Virus record (IMG/VR): IMGVR_UViG_3300038679_000051
Coordinates: 1-64,000 of that record
Origin: a virus
Lineage: Duplodnaviria; Caudoviricetes
Strand: one strand, 5' to 3'
Length of the DNA: 64,000 bases
In this document: positions 20,754 to 31,138 of the stretch, in pieces
Numbering within the stretch: position 1 is the stretch's first letter
Layout of the letters: each line of letters begins with the position of its first letter
The notes under the pieces: generated by a model
What the model saw: the letters and a program-made list of their open reading frames with translations, nothing else
Told to the model about the DNA's origin: nothing
The model's database searches: none
Program-made: the position numbers and the translations under genes

Positions 20754-21851
20754 ATGCACATGCCACTGCCAGCACTTAAATCGTTAGCCAAAAAAGCCAA
20801 GAAATCGCCGTCTGATGCTGAACGATATTGGAAGGAGGCTGAATCCTGTGATAAATTGCCGGGGAGTCGCAAGTACAAATGTAAAATGGCCACTGTTAAG
20901 AAACGGTTAGGTCTTGAAAATTTCAACCCTGATCTTAAATATCATTTAATCAGTGGTTGGGAAAAGAACGATGGCATGATTGGTGAAGAATGGTATGGGG
21001 CAGTGGAACGAGATGATGCCAAATATTTGGTCGTTTTAGATGGTTTTGCTGCGCGAGGTGCATCGATCAATCATATGGGTACGACGACTATGTGTGAATG
21101 CGCATTGATGGAAGCTTATTTTGAGGACGTATTCGCATTTAATCAGACGAAATCAAATGGTGAGGAGGTAATCTTCACTGCTGAAGATGGTGAATTAGTC
21201 ATTAAAAAGGATGGCTCAGTGGAATGTCGGAAGGATGGCAAGACGAGAGTGGCTGATTTTAAAGTGCAATTCCCAGTCACTGGTACGCTGTCACAAGAGG
21301 ATGAATGGAAGATCATGGATTGGAAAGAATCTGAAGCAAAGACTGAGGAAGTTTCAACCGGTGGCATAGCCGACGTTATGGCTGGTCAACCGAAGATAGA
21401 GGCAGAATCATACAACGACAATTACAATCGTGGCATGGATCACAAACTGCGTACGCGAGAGGCCGACGGCAGCAACCCAGCACGGAATGAATGGGTACAC
21501 ACGGCGACCGGAAAAACCGGCATCTTCGAATCCAAAAACGACAAATACATGTCCATCAAAACCGACGTGGGTATGGTCGTAGATTTCATCGAAGAATTCC
21601 GAGAAGTTGGTCCAGAACCGGTATTGGAAGAATTGATGAATGAATTGAAGTTGAGAGATTTCGTCGTTGAAAGACGCGGCAATAAGTTGATCGTGTCAAA
21701 AGGCATGTTCAGAGCCGGTGAGTTGTGCGTCGTTGAGGACAAAGTAATCTATGAAATGAAAGGATTGATGCCAAAAATCTTTGTTTACGCACCGGAGAAA
21801 CTAATTACGATCATCGATTCGATATTTGGTAAAAACGATGATATACGCTAA
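20754..21851 (+). CDS. Hypothetical protein, possibly head-associated
   Basis: AGGAG RBS, 365 aa, basic N-terminal helix then acidic body. Confidence 0.7.
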   Translation: MHMPLPALKSLAKKAKKSPSDAERYWKEAESCDKLPGSRKYKCKMATVKKRLGLENFNPDLKYHLISGWEKNDGMIGEEWYGAVERDDAKYLVVLDGFAARGASINHMGTTTMCECALMEAYFEDVFAFNQTKSNGEEVIFTAEDGELVIKKDGSVECRKDGKTRVADFKVQFPVTGTLSQEDEWKIMDWKESEAKTEEVSTGGIADVMAGQPKIEAESYNDNYNRGMDHKLRTREADGSNPARNEWVHTATGKTGIFESKNDKYMSIKTDVGMVVDFIEEFREVGPEPVLEELMNELKLRDFVVERRGNKLIVSKGMFRAGELCVVEDKVIYEMKGLMPKIFVYAPEKLITIIDSIFGKNDDIR

Positions 21852-23022
21852 TGATGGTCGTTTTTATAATCTAGAATTTGCCTATGGCTCCGTTGATCCG
21901 TGTGGATATATTTATTATGAAACAAAAGTTTATAGAAAAATATCTGATCAACATAAAAAATCTATGATTGGAATCATAGAAATTATACAGAATTTAGATG
22001 GCATAATTAAAACAAAATTCGTCGCTGATTCTGTAGTCGAACATCCATATGTGCCATTTATTTCGCTTATTAGTGAATGGCCGCCAGAAGCAATTCGTGA
22101 TGCGGCCATATTGTTTATTGAGTTACAACACAAACTATCGAAACATAATCTAATGATTAAGGATGGTCATAGTTTTAATATACAATTTATGCATGGCAAA
22201 CCAATTTTTATTGATATTGGTTCAATAATTGGTGGTAATTATAAAAAGAATATTGTTTGGTGGGATCAATTTAAGGATTTTTTCTTAAGAACTCTAATAT
22301 CGTTTACAGAATTAGAATTTGAAAAAGAAGTGTGGACGTTAGATTATGATGAAATGTTGGATAAACTCAAATCAATTAGATTTAAATGTGCCGACCATGG
22401 GTGGTCACAATACCCACAACCAGACGAACTCGTGCGTCCTAAAGATGCCATTGTAAATCAGTTGTTACAAGAATTGCCTGGTCATACGTTAATTGACATA
22501 GGTAGTAATCGTGGATTATATTCAAAAATTGCTGCTAAAGCTGGTAAAATAGTTGTTGCGACTGATGTTGAGACAAATTCATGTAATGAATTATATGTGT
22601 CGGCTAAAACTAATAATTTAAACATTCTGACATTGAATCATAACATAAAATCGAATTATGGCGAGGGACACTGGGGAAAATATTATGCGACGCAATCATA
22701 TTTAATCCGATCATCTTTCAGGCGTCTTAAATGTGATTCTGGTATAGCATTAGCTATTGTGCATCATTTAGCTCGTGCTGGGTGGTCTCTAGAAGAAATA
22801 GCAAAGAGATTGAGTTCTTACATACGTCACAAATTGATTGTAGAATTTATACCAAAAGAGGACGAATATGTTGCTGGATGGCCATTTCCTAAAAATTATT
22901 CACTTGAAACGTTTGTCAATATATTAAAGTTATATTGGAAAACGATTAATGTCGTTGATAGTTCGCCATCACCGAGGGTTTTTGTGGTATTGAGTGATAA
23001 ATATAAAGATAAGGAAGAATAG
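21838..23022 (+). CDS. NoeA-like protein: kinase-like N-domain plus class I SAM methyltransferase
   Basis: HPYVPFIS..EW, KDGHSFNIQF..GKPIFID; LIDIGSNRG; ALAIVHHL. Confidence 0.8.
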   Translation: MIYANDGRFYNLEFAYGSVDPCGYIYYETKVYRKISDQHKKSMIGIIEIIQNLDGIIKTKFVADSVVEHPYVPFISLISEWPPEAIRDAAILFIELQHKLSKHNLMIKDGHSFNIQFMHGKPIFIDIGSIIGGNYKKNIVWWDQFKDFFLRTLISFTELEFEKEVWTLDYDEMLDKLKSIRFKCADHGWSQYPQPDELVRPKDAIVNQLLQELPGHTLIDIGSNRGLYSKIAAKAGKIVVATDVETNSCNELYVSAKTNNLNILTLNHNIKSNYGEGHWGKYYATQSYLIRSSFRRLKCDSGIALAIVHHLARAGWSLEEIAKRLSSYIRHKLIVEFIPKEDEYVAGWPFPKNYSLETFVNILKLYWKTINVVDSSPSPRVFVVLSDKYKDKEE

Positions 23023-23030
23023 GAGATGAC

Positions 23031-23648
23031 ATGCTTTCCATAATCATACCACATAAATCAACGCCGCAGAATGATGAATCTCTTGAATTGGCAAAGAAAT
23101 CAATAAAAGACAACACTGGGTGTGAATACGAACTCATGATCATCACTGATCCACCCGGTTGCACAGGTCGTGATCCATATGCGTTGTGGAATGAATACGT
23201 GCCACAGGCGAAATTTGAGAACATTGTATTCTCAAATTCCGACGTCATATTTGGACCAAATTGGGATTCATATTTTTTGAAATATGCTGGAGACAATAGA
23301 ATTCTGACACAATTTTTAGTCGAACCAGGAATCATTGGTGTATCCGCTCATAACATAAAACAAGACTGGGGCATTAGGCCATCTGACTTTCAATACAAAA
23401 CATTTTGTGATTGGGTTAAAACGGTTATGCCACAAGTCCCAGAAATAGAAGAGAAGATGGGGCATCATATGCCATCAATGTTGTTAAAATCATTTTTCAT
23501 TCGGATGGGTAAGTTTCCATGTGTATATCCATTCCCACATAGTAATGATCAAACATTTTTCGCTGCGTGCGTACACGGCGGCGCTAAGATTTATAAAGTT
23601 AGATCATTTGCGTATCATTTCCAGCAATTATCTAGGACGCCGAGGTAG
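23031..23648 (+). CDS. Glycosyltransferase family 2-like
   Basis: LSIIIPH; IVFSNSDVIF. Confidence 0.75.
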   Translation: MLSIIIPHKSTPQNDESLELAKKSIKDNTGCEYELMIITDPPGCTGRDPYALWNEYVPQAKFENIVFSNSDVIFGPNWDSYFLKYAGDNRILTQFLVEPGIIGVSAHNIKQDWGIRPSDFQYKTFCDWVKTVMPQVPEIEEKMGHHMPSMLLKSFFIRMGKFPCVYPFPHSNDQTFFAACVHGGAKIYKVRSFAYHFQQLSRTPR

Positions 23649-24483
23649 CCATAATCTCCAACAACCTACGTAAATCGATCATCGGTCTCCACCCAATGCT
23701 GCGCATTGTTCTTGGGTCAGAAATGAGGTAAGAGTATTCCGATTTAAACGATGATTTAGTTGTGATGTGATCTAAGTAATTGAGACCATAATATGAGAAA
23801 CAGAGTTCGGCCCAATCTTTTATTGTATATCCATCACCAGACCCAATTACTGCTTCGGTTATTTTGTCTTGTTCTACTAACGTTTTTATGCCATTTACTA
23901 CGTCACCGGCATATGTCCATTCTTTAAAAACATCCAGATCACCAATTTCTAAGACTTCTTTATGTCCTTCGGAGATTCGTCTAGCGGCATTCAATATTAT
24001 TTTACTAATACTCGTTGGTTGTCTATGTTGACTTTCATGATGAAACAGGTAACCAACATATGTTTTTATACCAATCGTTCGATAATATCTTGCCAAATAT
24101 GTTGAATAGATTCTGGCTGCCGAATATGAATTATTGGCTTCGAAGGGATTAGATTCATGTATTGGTTTATTTTCGCTTCTGAATTGTAAACCACTTCCGG
24201 TTATAAACACTTTGGTTTTCGGCGAATATGTTTTAATGGCTTCTAAAATATTGAGCGTTCCAGTAGTAATGGTAGTATGATTTTCGAAAGTTACTGAATG
24301 TTTGGTACTCGACCTAGCAGCAAAGTTATAAATAATGTCTGGTTTTATGTCATTAATGACATGTGATATTCTATTATAATCACTGACATCACAATCTTTG
24401 TGTGACAACCCAATGACGTTGTCATATAATTTTGACATTAATCGGCCATCTTGACCATTCGACCCGAAAATCATGATTCTCAT
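23632..24483 (-). CDS. gmd: GDP-mannose 4,6-dehydratase
   Basis: GSNGQDG, YNFAARS, YSAAR (YxxxK-like), LFHHES, IGDLDVFKEWTYAGD. Confidence 0.85.
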   Translation of the reverse strand: MRIMIFGSNGQDGRLMSKLYDNVIGLSHKDCDVSDYNRISHVINDIKPDIIYNFAARSSTKHSVTFENHTTITTGTLNILEAIKTYSPKTKVFITGSGLQFRSENKPIHESNPFEANNSYSAARIYSTYLARYYRTIGIKTYVGYLFHHESQHRQPTSISKIILNAARRISEGHKEVLEIGDLDVFKEWTYAGDVVNGIKTLVEQDKITEAVIGSGDGYTIKDWAELCFSYYGLNYLDHITTKSSFKSEYSYLISDPRTMRSIGWRPMIDLRRLLEIMATSAS

Positions 24484-25691
24484 AAAATTTTAAACTTCGG
24501 GAGTGGTTGGACGAAATTACAATTTCGTTTTTTGAACAAATTGCGCCAACCATACGAAAGCAATTGTTTCTCCCTCTTTAGAAATTCATCCATGAAATAC
24601 CACGGAAATACCAGCACGAAATCTGGTTTGTCATTGCGCATCTCTTCTTCTGGACAAATTCGGATGTTTGTACCAGGTGTGTAAAGACCGTATTTTTTAG
24701 GGTTACGCTCAGCAATTGCGATTATATCATTTTGTTTAAGTTGACAATATTGTAGGATAATTTGTCCTTTTGTTGATGCACCATATCCATAAATTTTCTT
24801 TCCTCTTGTACGTTCAAAGAAATCTAATAGATCTTCTCTTGATTTTTTTACTAATCGTGCAAATTCATTATACGGTTCATCATGATCATAATTATGCATT
24901 TCTTTTTCTTTTATGTTAGATACGTTTGCGGAAATGGTTCTCTTTCCAGATTTTGATACAAATAATCTGAATGATCCACCATTCATATCATTAAATTTAA
25001 CGTCAAACACTTCTAAGCCACTATCTTCAAGCACTTTGTTGAAAGTTTCTAAGCAATAGAATGTGACATGTTCATGACATATGGTATCATACGAGACTTT
25101 GTCCAACATAGATGGCATATAACTGAGTTCTAAGACCCAGATACCATCGTCTAATAAGCAATCTTTGATGTCTTGTACGAATTTCTTTGGGTTATCTAGA
25201 TCATAAAACATAGCTATTGAGGTGATTATCTTAAATTTGTCATTGACATTTTCTGCTGTAAAATAATCATTGATATGCTTGTCAATTCCAGAAGGTGTAA
25301 TGTTTGACGGGTCAATACCAACTGTGAAGATATTTTCCCCATAATTTGATAAGAGAGTACAATCATTGCAACCAATATCTAACACTTTATCGCCGGTATT
25401 GAGTTCGATGTGTTCCAAAACATCATCTACGATCCCCTTTAAATGGACCCGCATCGTGTTGTTGATTCCAGATTTATACCAATATGATTTATACATTAAA
25501 TCTCTATTAACCGAATGTGATAATTGAACTAAATTACAATCATTACATCTCATTAATGTCAGTGGGGCAGTCATGGTTGGTGCATCGTCTCCATGATGAA
25601 AAGCATTCGCCACATATTGTTGTCCTAAATCCAAAATTGGTATGAAATTAGCATTAGAACAAATTCTACATTTGGTCGCAGCACAATGCAT
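24480..25691 (-). CDS. NDP-hexose C-methyltransferase (Zn-binding N-terminus)
   Basis: CRIC..LDLGQQ..C..C.LVQL; LDIGCNDCT; ICHEHVTFY; YGASTKG. Confidence 0.9.
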   Translation of the reverse strand: MHCAATKCRICSNANFIPILDLGQQYVANAFHHGDDAPTMTAPLTLMRCNDCNLVQLSHSVNRDLMYKSYWYKSGINNTMRVHLKGIVDDVLEHIELNTGDKVLDIGCNDCTLLSNYGENIFTVGIDPSNITPSGIDKHINDYFTAENVNDKFKIITSIAMFYDLDNPKKFVQDIKDCLLDDGIWVLELSYMPSMLDKVSYDTICHEHVTFYCLETFNKVLEDSGLEVFDVKFNDMNGGSFRLFVSKSGKRTISANVSNIKEKEMHNYDHDEPYNEFARLVKKSREDLLDFFERTRGKKIYGYGASTKGQIILQYCQLKQNDIIAIAERNPKKYGLYTPGTNIRICPEEEMRNDKPDFVLVFPWYFMDEFLKREKQLLSYGWRNLFKKRNCNFVQPLPKFKIL

Positions 25692-25749
25692 TTGGATTCT
25701 CCTTTATTTTATATATTTACGGAGCATACATAAAATAAAGGAGAATTAA

Positions 25750-26394
25750 ATGAATCAATTTCTACGCAATCAACAGGAAATAACGGACAGTACTAAATTT
25801 TTGATTAATGGCAAATTTCTGCGGAATGAAGTATGTGAACCTAAGAATTGGGATTTGACGTTGATTCTTCCTCGCCTAGGACATGGCAACATTTTGGATG
25901 TGGGGTGCCAGGGGTCGGTTGTTTTAAATAATTGTCTCAAAATGGGTTTGCACGGTGATAAGGTCGGCATAGACTTAATTCAGATACCGGCACCAAATGG
26001 AATCAGGCATTTAGTTGGTGATATCACAAACAATGATTTACCTTCCGAATATTTCAATTATATTACTTGCTTGTCTGTGATTGAACATGGGGTCGACATA
26101 AATAAATTCTTCGTGGAGAGTTCAAGGTTGTTAAAAAGTGGTGGTCATTTATTTATGTCATTTGATTATTGGAATCCAAAATTAGACACTGATGGAGTGC
26201 TTGTTTTTGGGTTGCCGTGGCATATCTTCTCTAGAAGTGAGGTTGAGGAAATGATACAAGTGGGAAGCAGTGTTGATCTAAATCTTAATGGCCCAATTGA
26301 TTGGACGATTCAAGACGGTACAATTAAGCCGGGTTATTGGTCACCATGTAATCATAATTATACGTTTGGAATGCTTGAATTCATTAAAACCTAG
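25750..26394 (+). CDS. Class I SAM methyltransferase
   Basis: ILDVGCQGS; CLSVIEHG; LKSGG. Confidence 0.85.
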   Translation: MNQFLRNQQEITDSTKFLINGKFLRNEVCEPKNWDLTLILPRLGHGNILDVGCQGSVVLNNCLKMGLHGDKVGIDLIQIPAPNGIRHLVGDITNNDLPSEYFNYITCLSVIEHGVDINKFFVESSRLLKSGGHLFMSFDYWNPKLDTDGVLVFGLPWHIFSRSEVEEMIQVGSSVDLNLNGPIDWTIQDGTIKPGYWSPCNHNYTFGMLEFIKT

Positions 26395-27322
26395 CAACTA
26401 TGGCATTTAAACTTCCCACCAAATTCTGTGGCGACCATTCTTGTTTAAATGGAACTAATGGTAAAATTGAGTTTTCTATGATGGTAGGCAAACTAGTTTC
26501 TTCAATTAAAATCGATGGTCTTGCATTGTAAATGTGTCTGAACATATGTGTTCTATTAATGGCGATTGGTCGATTTACGGCTAATGCATAGTCTATGGTG
26601 CTCGATATTCCACGATGCATGTTGTCATAAAGAAAAGCATTCATGGTGTTTTTTGCTAGAAAATCAAGAAGTTCCGCCGTAGACAACAAATCATGCGAAG
26701 CAATTATTTCTATCCCAGGTTTTTTAATTATATTGCGCATTTCTTGCACTCTCGCTCGTGCTTCTGCACCTGATGGATCGAAATATTTGCTAAAAGCAAT
26801 ATGAACTCTGATGATCGCTTTATCGAATTGATCTTGAACTAACGAAGCAAGACGAGAAAAACCCTTATTTGAAAATCCAAATCCGAAACTGCCAATAGTT
26901 GGTATCCATGGCAATGGGTAATTATTGGCATATTGCGTATATATTGGTCTACCAATTTTAGAAATGTGTTGATTAATGATCAAAGTTGGGTCGCTGCAGA
27001 TCCAATGATGAAAAGGATGAGCGGACCGTAAGTTGTTTGCAGCATCTTGGGTTATCTCGTGATATATTCCAATACATGGTCGTCGTAAACTTTGTATGAA
27101 TGGCCAACTTACATATGGTTGAGTATGTGGATGATAATTAAAGATTATTGTTTTTGGATTTGTGTTATTAACAGCAGTTTGCACTTCTTGTGCCGTGGCA
27201 CAATAAGCAATATGAAAATCATTTTCAGTTTTTGCCGAGTTTAAAATATTATAAAGATTAATACCAAATTGATAAACGCCACAGGCACTTTCTGTTGCGT
27301 TGATAATCAATGCATTACTCAT
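26384..27322 (-). CDS. Glycosyltransferase-like (GT-B-like) protein
   Basis: CGVYQFG; IGSFGFGFSNKGF; GISSTIDYALAVNRPIAI; glyco-island context. Confidence 0.6.
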   Translation of the reverse strand: MSNALIINATESACGVYQFGINLYNILNSAKTENDFHIAYCATAQEVQTAVNNTNPKTIIFNYHPHTQPYVSWPFIQSLRRPCIGIYHEITQDAANNLRSAHPFHHWICSDPTLIINQHISKIGRPIYTQYANNYPLPWIPTIGSFGFGFSNKGFSRLASLVQDQFDKAIIRVHIAFSKYFDPSGAEARARVQEMRNIIKKPGIEIIASHDLLSTAELLDFLAKNTMNAFLYDNMHRGISSTIDYALAVNRPIAINRTHMFRHIYNARPSILIEETSLPTIIENSILPLVPFKQEWSPQNLVGSLNAIVARF

Positions 27323-27323
27323 A

Positions 27324-27970
27324 TCAAGCCTTCATATAGAAATGATTGATTTGTTGTTTGTGTACTAATTTATATCCAATTGAACTAAATTGGGCAGCTT
27401 CTGCGGCATTTCTGTTTTCGTATGGACATTCAATCACGAATACCTTCGGATATAATTCTTTTTTAGTGAATCCTTTTATAGCATCAAGTTCACCACCTTC
27501 TAGATCAACCGACATTACGTCTATGCTCTTAATATCTGCCATGTCCGTTTCGAACAATTTATCAAGTGTTCTGACTTTTACCTTGATATCTTTTTTATAT
27601 TTATAAATGCCAGTTTTAAGATCAGCTTCAGTATGTATATATGGTTTTAGAGCTGAAGCAGCTTCCATCGTTACTACTCCACCAGCATATCCAGCCCAAT
27701 CGGTTGCTCTAAATATTGAAAATTTACGTCATCAGCATTATAATCAGCAACGGCACATTCGATTATTCTGCGATTAGCAGCGCGATGCATTTGGGTGAAT
27801 TCAGGATTTGCTTCTATTCCAACGGTAATCCAACCCGATTCAAAAAAATGACGAGACAAAGAAATGAAATCAGGTCTACCCGCACCTACTTCAATGAACG
27901 TGCCTTTATAATTCATGTCTGGAAAGATGTTTCTGATGGCCTGATCAGTCTCGAATTCTCCATAAAACAT
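27324..27970 (-). pseudogene. FkbM-family methyltransferase split by a -1 frameshift at AAATTTT (27725-27719)
   Basis: 5' half has FIEVGA..GIEANP; 3' half has VRTLDKL..IDVMSVDLEGGE..VFVIE; halves join with one extra T. Confidence 0.8.
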
Positions 27971-28729
27971 TTAGATGATGTCCTTTGTGTAGTATGGGTG
28001 GGTTTTTAACACATTTGGCAAATTTTCTAGCTCAAATGGTTTGGCAACCCCCCAAAAATTCTGATGGCAGGTTGGATGCAGGTCTGACATTGACCTATCC
28101 ATAGGCCATGCTTTGAACTTGGATTCAAACCATTCAGGTCGCCATTCACCTTTATGACCATGAATGTCAATTTTATATTTGATGAATCTCTCCTCGCGAG
28201 CATATCCAAAATGAAATACTGGTCCAAATTCTGCTGGTACGCAGCGATATGTGCCATATGATGCCGTCCTTTTAGGAGCATATAATCTATCTGGCATGCA
28301 TGGATCAGTGAGATGATATTTGAATGATCTCCAGAAATGAATGAATGGCATTTTAAAACAACTAACGTCGGTTGTTTTTAAACAATACTCGATGATTCTA
28401 CCTATTGTGTTCTCATGCCATATTTCATCAGCATCTACCACCAAAATGAGATCAGCCGCTCCATAATGCTTCCCAACCACACCACGGTGCTGTCCCTCGT
28501 GGGCATAACGTCCATCTACAACATGAATTTTATTTCCTGGATCTCCAAAAACATAGAGTGCATCCATAACGTCAGCACGAGTCTCTGGGTTTAATAAATT
28601 GGTGCCATGTCCATGAGATGGTTGATCAGTATAAACGACAAATATTTTGTCAACATGATCATAAATCGATTTTACTGAATATGCTAAATAATCGCATCCG
28701 TAATGTAAGATGTAGTTTGCTACAATCAT
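27971..28729 (-). CDS. Glycosyltransferase family 2-like
   Basis: ILVVDADEIW; PVFHFGY. Confidence 0.75.
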   Translation of the reverse strand: MIVANYILHYGCDYLAYSVKSIYDHVDKIFVVYTDQPSHGHGTNLLNPETRADVMDALYVFGDPGNKIHVVDGRYAHEGQHRGVVGKHYGAADLILVVDADEIWHENTIGRIIEYCLKTTDVSCFKMPFIHFWRSFKYHLTDPCMPDRLYAPKRTASYGTYRCVPAEFGPVFHFGYAREERFIKYKIDIHGHKGEWRPEWFESKFKAWPMDRSMSDLHPTCHQNFWGVAKPFELENLPNVLKTHPYYTKDII

Positions 28730-29487
28730 GTTGATCTCCTTATTTTTTCTAAAAAGATGTAAACATCCCCGTAATTCTTACAGTTGACGAAATTGTTATC
28801 CCACAATTTGAAAGGGTAATTCCAACCAAGAAACGCTCTTGGTTTATTTCTATTTATCTCTGTGTAACTAGCGGCATTCACTCCACTGCCACGCATCATT
28901 AAGGCGGTACAGACATTGCTCAAATTAGACAATGAAATTAAATTTGCGCTCTGACAATCATGTACGTTTGGAAAACCAGTGGGGGGAGTTGATGAGGTAT
29001 AAAATTGGAGATCTTTAAAATCGTTGGCCATTTTTGGTATTATCTCATTCATGTCGATATAATTTTGAAATGATAAACTTGGACCATTTTCAACTAAGAT
29101 ACATTTCTGGGGCATAGTAGTAATTTCTACATGTGGAAATTCTATCATCGGATGTTTGTCTGGTGGCTGTAATCTATAGAATAATTTTTGTTGTTCCATT
29201 TGTCTATTGAATGAATGGAGTTGAGTAAAATATGTCATGTGATGGGCATGTAGGATGTCATGAAAATAGCCAAACCAAGCATTAAAAATATTGCTGTTGT
29301 TTGCTTTTTCTACTACGGGGAGACCCAAATCACTCAATAAATAATGATGTTTTGCTGGGAATTGTAAAGTAATCCGTATGTCTTCAAAGGAATTTTTAAT
29401 AGATAAAATGATTGGTCTGGTTAAAATTACGTCGCCAGCGTGTGACTGGTTTCCATCATGAAAACGATTGATGATTGTTAAATCCAT
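28726..29487 (-). CDS. Hypothetical protein (glycosyltransferase-like)
   Basis: GDVILTRP GT9-like start; island context. Confidence 0.55.
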   Translation of the reverse strand: MDLTIINRFHDGNQSHAGDVILTRPIILSIKNSFEDIRITLQFPAKHHYLLSDLGLPVVEKANNSNIFNAWFGYFHDILHAHHMTYFTQLHSFNRQMEQQKLFYRLQPPDKHPMIEFPHVEITTMPQKCILVENGPSLSFQNYIDMNEIIPKMANDFKDLQFYTSSTPPTGFPNVHDCQSANLISLSNLSNVCTALMMRGSGVNAASYTEINRNKPRAFLGWNYPFKLWDNNFVNCKNYGDVYIFLEKIRRST

Positions 29488-29532
29488 TTTCCTAGAAATA
29501 CATAAATAGGAACGGGGAGGAGATTAAGACAC

Positions 29533-30360
29533 ATGCGATTAATTTTTGTTCTCACCAGAACGTCATACGATTCATATGCTGATTATAGGACGTTAGTTGA
29601 GAAAGCTTGGGGAGACGTGTGTTATGTAGATGAAATAAAAATGTCTGAGCCTGTGGTTTACGTGGTCTCGCCTATGAATGGTGAATTTCGACCACATATT
29701 GACAATCACCGTAACGAAGACAAGAAATGTAAAATCCTGTGGTGGAATCTTGAGCGACCGCCGCGAGACGAGAATCATAATGCTCATAAACGTGACATAA
29801 ATGATCTTTTAAATAGATATGTCGACAAAATGGTCGTCTCTGATCTGTGGTATAAACATACATACTACAAGGAATTCGGTGATAAAATAATCTTTTGTCC
29901 AATAGGGGTTGATAAGGTTCTTTGTGATGACCCATGGAGAGACCATAAATCATATAATTTCGCGCATATGAGTTACGTCTGGGGTAGACGTGATATTTTA
30001 AATCGGCTACCTAGCATGTTTGGAAATTGTTGGGGTGATGCTAGAAGAAACGGATTACTGAATACCAAATTCATGGTGAACGTCCACCAAGATCAATATG
30101 GCATCATTGAACCATTACGATTTGCTCTCGCCGTATCTCATGGTTTGCCAATAATAACTGAAAATTGTCATAATCCATTCCCATATGAACCCGACAAGGA
30201 CGTCGTAATGACGGATTATAATCAAATAATAGATGTGGCCAATAGATGTGCTTTGGGAAACTATGATCATTACATACAAATGGCTCAGAGGACATATGAC
30301 AAAATGTCCAATCAATATGGTTTTGTAAAGTGTGTGAAAGAATTGTCCAACTTATTTTAA
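29533..30360 (+). CDS. Glycosyltransferase-like protein
   Basis: KFMVNVHQ..EPLRFALAVSHGLPIITE. Confidence 0.65.
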   Translation: MRLIFVLTRTSYDSYADYRTLVEKAWGDVCYVDEIKMSEPVVYVVSPMNGEFRPHIDNHRNEDKKCKILWWNLERPPRDENHNAHKRDINDLLNRYVDKMVVSDLWYKHTYYKEFGDKIIFCPIGVDKVLCDDPWRDHKSYNFAHMSYVWGRRDILNRLPSMFGNCWGDARRNGLLNTKFMVNVHQDQYGIIEPLRFALAVSHGLPIITENCHNPFPYEPDKDVVMTDYNQIIDVANRCALGNYDHYIQMAQRTYDKMSNQYGFVKCVKELSNLF

Positions 30361-31074
30361 GCGTTCACCAATTGGCATTTGCATTCTTGTTTTGAACGTT
30401 TTGGCGTCTATTGATGACATGTTATTTCCAAAGACGTCATGTTCATCTTGTGTACGGAACCCATGTGAATAATGTCTATGATTGAACGTTAAGTGATATG
30501 CCATTTTAATTAAATTAAGTTCATGTAGATTATAATATAGCTCTACGTCCGAATATTGCCAGTGATATGCATGATGGTAAATTATCTTATTTAGTTTCAA
30601 TAAACAATCGTAGGTCATTATTGGTATTGTCATAACACCAGTGCTTTTAAACCCATCATTAACCACAACTGAGCCATTCCAATCATCAAAAATGCCGATT
30701 AATGATTTATCCCAATCTAATGGTGAAAAGAAGTCATCTGAAACTACGATGATGATTGGATTGTCTTCGCATTTTATTGATTGTGTCAAATTATAGGTAG
30801 CCCAGGTTGGGCCACGTTTATTACCTACAACCATCACATCCATAAAATCCGACAATTCATTGCGCTGAGCAACATCATTAACGGCTATTTTAACGTCGAT
30901 TTTGTTCTCTTTAGACGACGTATCAATCCAATGTTGATACGTCGTCTTCATAATTTGCGGCCTTACGGTTGGCCATAACAATAATATGCGACGTTTAGGC
31001 ATCTTTCTACCATCCATTATCATTCCAAAAGTATATACTTTCGGAAAAGGAAAGTATATGATAATGCCTTGCAT
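30352..31074 (-). CDS. Glycosyltransferase family 2-like (true start may be downstream)
   Basis: LLWPTVRP; IVVSDDF; YSDVEL..FNHRHY. Confidence 0.7.
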   Translation of the reverse strand: MQGIIIYFPFPKVYTFGMIMDGRKMPKRRILLLWPTVRPQIMKTTYQHWIDTSSKENKIDVKIAVNDVAQRNELSDFMDVMVVGNKRGPTWATYNLTQSIKCEDNPIIIVVSDDFFSPLDWDKSLIGIFDDWNGSVVVNDGFKSTGVMTIPIMTYDCLLKLNKIIYHHAYHWQYSDVELYYNLHELNLIKMAYHLTFNHRHYSHGFRTQDEHDVFGNNMSSIDAKTFKTRMQMPIGERLK

Positions 31075-31138
31075 TATGGATCTGATTATCTTGGTTGGTC
31101 AATCAAAATGAAATCACATCCTTATTATAATCTAGACA

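Noticed and set aside
27668-27676. TAG recoding (alternative genetic code) to join the FkbM halves
   Set aside because: TAG is followed immediately by TAA, the downstream half is in another frame, and other genes end cleanly at TAG
25720-29520. Late-promoter motif (TACATAAA(A)TA near 25727 and 29499, similar A-rich words elsewhere)
   Set aside because: Too few and too AT-rich to separate from background by eye; needs MEME and TSS data
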